64,000 bases of DNA from an uncultured Oscillospiraceae bacterium. Its GTDB lineage: Bacteria; Bacillota; Clostridia; Oscillospirales; Oscillospiraceae. The notes under the pieces were generated by a model. That model was given only the letters and a program-made list of their open reading frames with translations, made no database searches and was not told the DNA's origin. A program made the position numbers and the translations under genes. Shown one piece after another: positions 57,227 through 64,000 of this stretch (its first letter is position 1; every line of letters begins with the position of its first letter). The stretch is taken from assembly GCA_944385445.1 (NCBI GenBank), contig CALWXF010000007.1, positions 11,976-75,975 on the forward strand, written 5' to 3'.

Positions 57227-58057
57227 CTATACCAGGCCCAGCTTGGCAAATACCACCTGGGCCAGCTCGTGGCGGGGCAGAGGCCGGTCCAAGAAGTACT
57301 CCAGGGCGAAAATGGCCTGATAGATGAGCATGGGCAGGCCGTTGGCGGTCTTGAGACCCCGCTTTTGGGCCTGGTGCAGCAATTGGGTGCAGGCGGGATG
57401 GTAGATGAGGTCCATCACCCCGGCGCCACGGGGCAGGGCGTCCAGGAAGGAGAAGTCCTCAAACTGGTGGGGGCAGTCGTCCATGCCCAGGTTGGTGCAG
57501 TTGATGACCAGCTGGGCCTGGGAGCACACCTGGGAGAGGGTGCCGGGGTCAAAGCCCGCAGGGGTGAGAGTGCCGGAGGAATCCAGCTGGCACAGCTGCT
57601 GGGCCTTGGACAGGGTGCGGTTGCACACCCAGATGCGCTCTACCTGGGTCTGGGCCAGGCGCAGGGCCACCGCCCGGGCAGCGCCCCCCGCCCCCAGCAG
57701 CACCACCTGCCGGGCGGGCCATAGTCCCATATGCACCAGGGACTCCAGACAGCCGTCCCCGTCGGTGTTGTGGCCGATCCACTTCCCGTCCCGGCGGCAG
57801 ACGGTGTTCACCGCCCCGGATAGCTCCACTTCCTCCCCCAGCTGGTCCATCAGGGGCACCAGGTCCTCCTTGTGGGGCATGGTGGCGTTGAAGCCGGTGA
57901 CTCCGTGGGTCTCGGCAAAGGCCAGGTACTGGGGCACCTCCCCCTTTTTCACCAGGTGGGGGGTGTAGGGGATGTCCAATCCCAGGTAATCCAGCATGGT
58001 GGTCTGGATGATGGGGGATTTGGAGTGGAGGACGGGATCACCGATGACTTGCAGCAT
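57227..58057 (-). CDS. aroE: Shikimate dehydrogenase
   Basis: IGDPVLHSKSP; NATMPHK; GAVNT; GHNTDG; LLGAGGAARA; DLIYHP; GLPMLIYQA. Confidence 0.93.
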   Translation of the reverse strand: MLQVIGDPVLHSKSPIIQTTMLDYLGLDIPYTPHLVKKGEVPQYLAFAETHGVTGFNATMPHKEDLVPLMDQLGEEVELSGAVNTVCRRDGKWIGHNTDGDGCLESLVHMGLWPARQVVLLGAGGAARAVALRLAQTQVERIWVCNRTLSKAQQLCQLDSSGTLTPAGFDPGTLSQVCSQAQLVINCTNLGMDDCPHQFEDFSFLDALPRGAGVMDLIYHPACTQLLHQAQKRGLKTANGLPMLIYQAIFALEYFLDRPLPRHELAQVVFAKLGLV

Positions 58058-58059
58058 GT

Positions 58060-58998
58060 TCACTGTCCCCCTTTGAGGAAGAAGTCCATGGCCCGCAGGT
58101 AGCCCTGGAGGCCCAGGCCGTAGATCTGGCCCACACACCCCGAGGCGGTGACGGACACCGAGCGGAAGGGCTCCCGGGTGTGGATGTTGCCGATGAGCAC
58201 CTCGAAGGCGGGGATATTCACCGCCTGGAGGGCGTCCAGAATGGCGTAGCTGTAGTGGGCGTAGGCGGCGGGGTTGATGATGATGGCGTCGTAGACCCCG
58301 TCGGCGGCCTGAATCTGGTCCACAATGTCCCCCTCGTGGTTGGACTGGTAGCAGGTGGCGGTGGAGTTATGTATCTTGGCATACTCCTCGATCATGGTAC
58401 ACAGAGAGGCGTAGTTTCCGTGGTTTTCCCGGCCGTACAGCTCCGCATCCCCCTTGCCCAGCAGGTTGAGGTTGGGGCCGTTGATGATGAGAAATTTCTT
58501 GCCCACCTCGGAGATCTTCTCCAGAATTTCCGCAACGGTGGCCTCCGGTGAGGAAAAGTCCTGGATGATGACATCGGCGGCGGACAGGTACAGGGGCAGG
58601 CGGTGGTGGTGGCGCTCCACAAAGGCGTTGTGCCCTTCCTGGGCCAGAGGACGGCTCTCTGTGTCCAGGCTGGCGCAGATTTCGTCAATGGGGCGGTCCA
58701 GGAACACCAGAATGCCGTTGCGGCGCAGGGAGGTCACGTTTTTTCTCGACAGCACCGCCCCGCCGCCGGTGGCGATGACCAAACCCTCCTGGCTGCTCAG
58801 CTGCTCCAGCACCTGGCTCTCCAGGGAGCGGAAGCCCCGCTCCCCGTCCTGGGCGAAAATCTGGGAGATGGTGCGCCCGGTGGTCCCCTCCATCAGCTCG
58901 TCGCAGTCCACGAAGGGGCGGCCCAGCTGCTGGGCCAGCATATGTCCGGCGGTGGTTTTTCCACAGCCCATCATACCAATGAGGATAATATTCTTCAT
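58060..58998 (-). CDS. aroK: Shikimate kinase fused to a degenerate type II 3-dehydroquinate dehydratase domain
   Basis: IGMMGCGKTT; FR..E; ATGGG; then NGPNLNLLG, QSNHEG, INPAAYAHYS. Confidence 0.9.
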   Translation of the reverse strand: MKNIILIGMMGCGKTTAGHMLAQQLGRPFVDCDELMEGTTGRTISQIFAQDGERGFRSLESQVLEQLSSQEGLVIATGGGAVLSRKNVTSLRRNGILVFLDRPIDEICASLDTESRPLAQEGHNAFVERHHHRLPLYLSAADVIIQDFSSPEATVAEILEKISEVGKKFLIINGPNLNLLGKGDAELYGRENHGNYASLCTMIEEYAKIHNSTATCYQSNHEGDIVDQIQAADGVYDAIIINPAAYAHYSYAILDALQAVNIPAFEVLIGNIHTREPFRSVSVTASGCVGQIYGLGLQGYLRAMDFFLKGGQ

Positions 58999-60158
58999 GC
59001 TTCTTCCTCCAAATTCGACACGAAGTTGCCAAGTACCCGGAAGTCTCCGGTGGTCTGGGACAGCTCATGGAGCACATCGGCGATCTCCGGGGTGTTCAGG
59101 TTCCCGGTGAACTCCAAGAAGAACATGTACTCCCAGCTGTGCTGGGGCAGGGGACGGGATTCCAGCTTCACCATGTTCAGGCCGTGGACGGCGAAGATGG
59201 TGAGAATTTCATGGAGGGAGCCCGCCTCATGGGGGAGGAGAAAGACGGTGCTGATCTTGTCAGCGCCCTCCCGCAGCTCCACCTGGGGAGAGACCACCAC
59301 GAAGCGGGTGGTGTTGTGGGGGTTGTCGTTGGTGGGACCGGCCAGGATGTTCAGCCCGTAGATCTGAGCGGCCCGGGCCGAGCACAGGGCGGCTTTGGTG
59401 AGGTCTCCGCTCTGGGCCACCATCTGGGCCGAGCCGGCGGTGTCCGCCTGGGGCACCTGCTTCCAATGGGGGTGAGCGTTCAAAAACTTCTCACTTTGAA
59501 ACAGTCCCTGTTCGTGGGAGTACACATGGGTGATGGTGTCCAGGGTGGCCCCGGGCAGGGCCATGAGACAGTGGTCCACCTTCACCGTGGTCTCTCCCAC
59601 CAGGAAGAAATCGTATTCCGACAGCAGATCGTAGATTTGGCGGATGGCGCCCGTGGAGCTGTTCTCAATGGGGAGCACCGCATAGTCCGCCCGGCCCTCC
59701 TTCAGGGCCAGAAAGGTGTCCTCAAACTGGGGCAGCCCGGTGGCCTGGACCCCTTCGCCGAAGAAGTTGATGCAGGCCTGCTCGCTGTACGCCCCAGGCT
59801 CCCCCTGGAACACCACCCGGGGGTGCTGGATGGGCTCCCGCATCCGGGACAGGGCCTGGACAAACCGGGGAACGCCGGGGTTGTCCGCCCGCTCTCTCGT
59901 CAGGTCCCGCTGTTGGCGGCGGGAGATGGACATCATGGTCTGAAAGAGGGTGGTGACGCCGGGGCGCAGGTCCCCCTCCACCAGCTGGGCCTTGTCCTGG
60001 AGCACCTGGCGCTCCCGCACTGCGTCCAGCACCGGGATGCCCCGCTCCAGCTTGTACTGGCCCACCTGGGCGGTGACCGCCATGCGCTGGCGGAACAGCT
60101 CTACCATCTGTCGGTCGATGCGGTCGATTTCCGCTCGATACTGCTGCAATTCATCCAT
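58995..60158 (-). CDS. pheA: Chorismate mutase / prephenate dehydratase
   Basis: R.EIDRIDRQ; FQGEPGAYSE; LPIENSSTG; SHEQG..Q; NTTRF; ACT domain KLESRP. Confidence 0.93.
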   Translation of the reverse strand: MDELQQYRAEIDRIDRQMVELFRQRMAVTAQVGQYKLERGIPVLDAVRERQVLQDKAQLVEGDLRPGVTTLFQTMMSISRRQQRDLTRERADNPGVPRFVQALSRMREPIQHPRVVFQGEPGAYSEQACINFFGEGVQATGLPQFEDTFLALKEGRADYAVLPIENSSTGAIRQIYDLLSEYDFFLVGETTVKVDHCLMALPGATLDTITHVYSHEQGLFQSEKFLNAHPHWKQVPQADTAGSAQMVAQSGDLTKAALCSARAAQIYGLNILAGPTNDNPHNTTRFVVVSPQVELREGADKISTVFLLPHEAGSLHEILTIFAVHGLNMVKLESRPLPQHSWEYMFFLEFTGNLNTPEIADVLHELSQTTGDFRVLGNFVSNLEEEA

Positions 60159-60185
60159 GGGAATGGCCTCCAAACTTCGAAATCA

Positions 60186-60426
60186 GCCTCCCTTGTGTAA
60201 AGGGAGGTGGCCCGGCGTTAGCCGGGTCGGAGGGATTGTCTGTCACCTGGCCTAGGTCAACCCCTCAGTCTCGTCGGTGCGGACTGTGTATCTCTCGCCT
60301 CGCCCCTGAGAGGCGGGGCAAGTCTCGCTCACGCCGTCGCACCTCCTCTCCCCACCGAACCCGCTTGCGCTGGGCTTCGGCGGGGACCCCGTAACGGGCT
60401 GCCAGCTCCCCTTGCACAGGGGAGCC
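60186..60426. repeat. Family B doublet; the B2 loop holds a ~126-nt two-hairpin insert (60271-60396)
   Basis: B1 60186-60240; B2 arms CCTCAGTC and GGCTGCCAGCTCCCC are split by the insert. Confidence 0.85.
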
Positions 60427-60494
60427 TTTTGTCGAGCCCTCCAGTTTGTGTCCAATGTTTCACGCTTCACTTCTCTCGCCGTCCCGGCCAAAAA

Positions 60495-61541
60495 TCAAAT
60501 TCCCAGCAGCTGGCAGGCGGCCAGGGCTGCGGCGGCCTCAATGACAGGCACCGCCCGGGGGACCACACAGGGGTCGTGCCGCCCCTGGAGCTCCAGCTGG
60601 GCATTTTCCATGCGGCTCATGTCAATGGTAAATTGGGTGCGGGCAATGGAGGGGGTGGGGCGCATGGTCACCTCGAACACCAGGGGCATGCCGTTGGTGA
60701 TGCCGCCGTTGATGCCTCCGGCGCAGTTTTGCTCCGCTCCCACGTTGCCGTTCTCGTCCACATACAGGGGGTCGTTGGCCTCGGAGCCCCGCATGAGGGA
60801 GAAGGCGGTGCCGGCGCCGAAGGCCACCGCCTTCACCGCCGGGACGGCAAACAGGTACTGGGAGAAGATGCCCTCGGCGTTCTCCCCAAAGTCGGGGGAG
60901 CCGTATCCGGCGGGGAGTCCGAACACCCCGCACTCAATGGAGCCGCCCACGGAGTCTTGCTCTTCCTTGGCCTCCAAAATGGCCTCCTGCATCTCGGCGC
61001 CCTTCTCATCGTTGAGCACCGGGAAGTCCTTGTCCGCCACCCCTTTCAGGGTGTCCCAGTCCTCCAGGGCCTCGTCGTTGACCCCGTAGATGGAGCTGAT
61101 GTGGGCCCCCACGGTGATGCCACGCTGGGCCAGAATCTGCTTGGCGATGGCCCCGGCGAACACCAGGGGGGCGGTAAGCCGCCCGGAGAAGTGGCCGCCG
61201 CCTCGGTAGTCATTGAAGCCCTGGTAGCGGACGTGGGCGGGGTAGTCGGCGTGGCCGGGCCGGGCCAGGTCACGGGTTTTGCTGTAATCGGCCGAGCGGG
61301 TGTCGGTGTTAGGAATCATGGCGCACAGGGGGGACCCGGTGGTCTTGCCCTCAAACACCCCGGAGAGCACCTGCACCTGGTCGGCCTCCTTGCGGGCGGT
61401 GACCAGGGGAGACTTGCCGGGGGCCCGGCGGGCCATGTCCTTTTCAATGGCGGCCCAGTCCAGCTCCAGCCCAGCGGGCACGCCTGTGAGGGTGACGCCA
61501 ATGGCGGGGCCGTGGGACTCGCCGAAAATGGTATAGTTCAT
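60495..61541 (-). CDS. aroC: Chorismate synthase
   Basis: FGESHG; RPGHAD; GGHFSGRLT; GGINGGITNG; GRHDPC. Confidence 0.96.
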   Translation of the reverse strand: MNYTIFGESHGPAIGVTLTGVPAGLELDWAAIEKDMARRAPGKSPLVTARKEADQVQVLSGVFEGKTTGSPLCAMIPNTDTRSADYSKTRDLARPGHADYPAHVRYQGFNDYRGGGHFSGRLTAPLVFAGAIAKQILAQRGITVGAHISSIYGVNDEALEDWDTLKGVADKDFPVLNDEKGAEMQEAILEAKEEQDSVGGSIECGVFGLPAGYGSPDFGENAEGIFSQYLFAVPAVKAVAFGAGTAFSLMRGSEANDPLYVDENGNVGAEQNCAGGINGGITNGMPLVFEVTMRPTPSIARTQFTIDMSRMENAQLELQGRHDPCVVPRAVPVIEAAAALAACQLLGI

Positions 61542-62764
61542 AGGGTTTCCTCGCTTTTTACAATGTTTCCCCCCAGCTTCTCATAGACCTCCCAGAAGTC
61601 GGGAAAGGATTTGGCCACACACTGAGCGCCCGTCAGGGTGATGGGGGCCTCACACCGGGTGGCGGCCATGGCAGCCATCATGGCGATGCGGTGGTCGTTG
61701 TGGCAGGGGACGGTGACGCCCCCGGCGAACTGGGCCACACCTTGGATGGTGAGCCCCTCAGAGAGCTCCTCCACCTGGGCACCCAGTTCATTGAGCACCT
61801 GGGAGGTGGTGGCCAGTCGGTCGCTCTCCTTGATGCGCAGCCGGGCCGCCCCCACAATGTGGCAAGTCTTGCCCTCCATACCAGCGGCCAGAGCCGCCAG
61901 CGGGGGCACCAGGTCGGGGCACTGGCTCACGTCCAGGGTGACAGTCTGTTCCGGTCCGGTGAGCTGCTCGTAAAAGGAGACGATGCGCCGGTCTCCCTGG
62001 GGGGAGTGGGGGTCCAGACCCTGGATGTCCAGGTCATTGCCCAGCCCCAGCCCGGCATAGAAAAAGCCCGCCTGGGACCAGTCCGCCTCCACGCTGTCCC
62101 GGATGGGGGAGTAGCGCTGGGAGCCGGGGATGGTATACCCGTCCAGGGTAATGCCCGCCTGGTGGAGGGCCTGCCGGGTCATGGCCACATAGTCCTCCGA
62201 CTCCAGGGGGGAGGTGAGGGTGATGGTGGAGGTGCCCTCCACCAGGGGCAGGGCGTACAGCAGCCCGGTGACGAACTGGCTGGATACGTTGCCGGGGAGG
62301 GGATAGTCTCCCGGGGTGAGCTGTCCCTGGACGGTGAGCACCCCATCTTCCAGGGTGTAGGAGATGCCTTTGGCATCGAAGAGATCAAAGTAGGGGGTTT
62401 GGGGCCGCTCCATCAGCCGCCCCTGTCCGGTAAAGACCCCGCCGCCTGCCACCGCCAGGGCGATGGGGATGAGAAAGCGGAGGGTGGAGCCGGACTCCCC
62501 GCAGTCCAGGCGGGGAGGGGAGGGGGTGGGGCGGTTCATGGTGAGGCCCTGCACCGTCAGGGTGGACCCGGACCAGGTGAAGGAGGCCCCCAGGGCCTCC
62601 ATGCACCGGATGGTGGCCAGAATGTCCTGGGATGGGGCCACATGGGTGAGCACGCTCTCCCCAGAGGCCAGGGCGGCGGCGATGATGAGCCGGTGGGCCT
62701 GGCTTTTGGAGGGGGGAGGCGTGACGGGGCCGTGAAGCTTGGCGGGGGTGATGGTGACGTTCAT
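61538..62764 (-). CDS. aroA: 3-phosphoshikimate 1-carboxyvinyltransferase
   Basis: PPSKSQAHR; GESGSTLRF; SSQFVTGLL; RIKESDRL; DHRIAM; KSFPDFW. Confidence 0.96.
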   Translation of the reverse strand: MNVTITPAKLHGPVTPPPSKSQAHRLIIAAALASGESVLTHVAPSQDILATIRCMEALGASFTWSGSTLTVQGLTMNRPTPSPPRLDCGESGSTLRFLIPIALAVAGGGVFTGQGRLMERPQTPYFDLFDAKGISYTLEDGVLTVQGQLTPGDYPLPGNVSSQFVTGLLYALPLVEGTSTITLTSPLESEDYVAMTRQALHQAGITLDGYTIPGSQRYSPIRDSVEADWSQAGFFYAGLGLGNDLDIQGLDPHSPQGDRRIVSFYEQLTGPEQTVTLDVSQCPDLVPPLAALAAGMEGKTCHIVGAARLRIKESDRLATTSQVLNELGAQVEELSEGLTIQGVAQFAGGVTVPCHNDHRIAMMAAMAATRCEAPITLTGAQCVAKSFPDFWEVYEKLGGNIVKSEETL

Positions 62765-62776
62765 AGCAATACCTCG

Positions 62777-63838
62777 TTACAGCATCTCCAGCAGCTGCTG
62801 TTTCAAAATGGGGTAGGCCAGGGCGTGGCCGGGGCGGTCCAGGAGGATGAGGGAGAGGGAGGAGCCCGCCCCCTTCTTGTCCAGGCCGATGGCGGCGGCG
62901 TAGTCCGCCTGGGAACAGGGAATGGCGGTGGGCAGGCCGAAGGCCTCCACCAGTTGGGCGATGTCCGGGGCCAGGTGGGCGGGGGTGAGACCCAGGGCGG
63001 TGCCCAGCTGGGCGGCCCGCACCATCCCGGCGGCCACGGCCTGGCCGTGGGTGTAGGTGGTGTAGTGGCCCGCCAGCTCGTAGGCGTGACCCAGGGTGTG
63101 GCCGAAGTTGAGGATCATCCGCCGCCCGGTGTCCAGCTCGTCCTCCGCCACCACCTCCGCCTTGATGCGGCAGCAGGTGTACAGCACTGGTTCGATGTTT
63201 GCCATGATGGCGGAGCGGGAGGGGTTCTGGCCCAGAAACTCCAAAAAGTCCTGGTCGGCGATGCAGCCGTACTTGATGACCTCCGCCATGCCGTCGGCAA
63301 AGGTCTCGTGGGGCAGGGTGCCCAGCACCTCCGGGTCCATGAGCACCAGCCGGGGCTGATAGAAGGTCCCCGCCAGGTTTTTTCCCTCGGGCAGGTCGAT
63401 GGCCACCTTGCCTCCCACCGAGGAGTCCACCTGGGCCAGGAGGGTGGTGGGGATTTGGATGAGGGCCACCCCCCGCAGGATGGTGGCGGCGGCAAAGCCC
63501 GCCAGGTCCCCCACCACGCCGCCCCCCAGGGCCACCACGCAGTCGGTGCGGGTGAGGCCGAATTGGGCAAAGCCGCTCCACAGACGGGCCAGCTGCTGGG
63601 CGCACTTGCTCTCCTCCCCGGCGGGGACCACAAAGGTCTCCACCTGGAACCCGGCCCGGGTGAGGCTGTGGGACACGGTTTCGCCGTACAGCGGGGCCAC
63701 ATGGGAGTCGGTGACCAGGGCCACCTTCCGGGCCTGGGGAACCACCGAGCAGATGTAGCCCCCGGCCTGGGGGAGCAGGCCGGGCCTTATGAGAATGTCA
63801 TACTCCCGTCCGGGGAGGGGGACTGTGAGGGTTTGCAT
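62777..63838 (-). CDS. aroB: 3-dehydroquinate synthase
   Basis: GEESK; GGGVVGDLAGF; PTTLLAQVDSSVGGK; LNFGHTLGHA; HGQAV. Confidence 0.96.
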   Translation of the reverse strand: MQTLTVPLPGREYDILIRPGLLPQAGGYICSVVPQARKVALVTDSHVAPLYGETVSHSLTRAGFQVETFVVPAGEESKCAQQLARLWSGFAQFGLTRTDCVVALGGGVVGDLAGFAAATILRGVALIQIPTTLLAQVDSSVGGKVAIDLPEGKNLAGTFYQPRLVLMDPEVLGTLPHETFADGMAEVIKYGCIADQDFLEFLGQNPSRSAIMANIEPVLYTCCRIKAEVVAEDELDTGRRMILNFGHTLGHAYELAGHYTTYTHGQAVAAGMVRAAQLGTALGLTPAHLAPDIAQLVEAFGLPTAIPCSQADYAAAIGLDKKGAGSSLSLILLDRPGHALAYPILKQQLLEML

Positions 63839-63853
63839 GGGGGATATCTCCTC

Positions 63854-64000
63854 TCAGAGTTTGTCGATGGCCTGGGCCAAAGTGTCCAAAAAGGCCTCCT
63901 CGCCCCAGGTGTTGATCTTGAAGAACATGGCCTGACTGCCGCCGGCGGTGATGGCGGTCAGGCGCAGCTGGTTGCCCTGGCCGGTGAGGGTCATACACAG
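63854..64000 (-). CDS. 3' end of a small conserved Firmicute protein (DUF6054-like), truncated by the window
   Basis: ..LRLTAITAGGSQAMFFKINTWGEEAFLDTLAQAIDKL*; not in the ORF track. Confidence 0.65.
   Translation of the reverse strand: MCMTLTGQGNQLRLTAITAGGSQAMFFKINTWGEEAFLDTLAQAIDKL

Noticed and set aside
26351-60426. Family B repeats as a CRISPR array
   Set aside because: Dispersed inverted doublets, not tandem direct repeats with unique spacers; no cas genes
1-64000. tRNA, rRNA, integrase, transposase, sortase or BglG-family antiterminator genes
   Set aside because: None recognisable in the window; sortase and antiterminator must be encoded elsewhere if the models hold

Overview
64 kb of chromosomal DNA from a high-GC Firmicute; gene content and codon style suggest an Oscillospiraceae-like gut clostridium (inference). 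Core genes: mutS, mutL, mreC, maf, U32/RlhA-like, zapA, dtd, proS, prfB, fakA-asp23, an arginine deiminase cluster (arcA-arcB-arcC-yfcC), a polar amino acid ABC transporter and a shikimate operon (aroB-aroA-aroC-pheA-aroK/aroQ fusion-aroE). Four large cell-wall proteins end in a VPQTG sortase signal: a DUF218 protein, a CBM32-GH20 enzyme, a metallophosphoesterase/choice-of-anchor-I fusion and a CBM32-GH84 enzyme. Main observations: (1) both glycan hydrolase genes, about 50 kb apart, have sigmaA promoter -> RAT -> overlapping terminator leaders, pointing to a BglG/LicT-type antitermination regulon for surface N-acetylhexosaminidases. (2) The GH84 promoter is bracketed by a 19-bp inverted repeat that would sequester the RAT only in read-through RNA from the aro operon. 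(3) A fluoride riboswitch heads an apparent antiporter-trmO-fetAB operon. (4) Two families of nested, covarying palindromic intergenic elements occur: 15 REP-like units, mostly in B1+B2 doublets, and four 340-570 bp MITE-like elements, one with 26-bp TIRs and a 5-bp duplication. (5) The aroQ domain lacks its catalytic Arg and His. No tRNA, rRNA, CRISPR array or transposase was seen. All calls are from reading the sequence; no database search was run.
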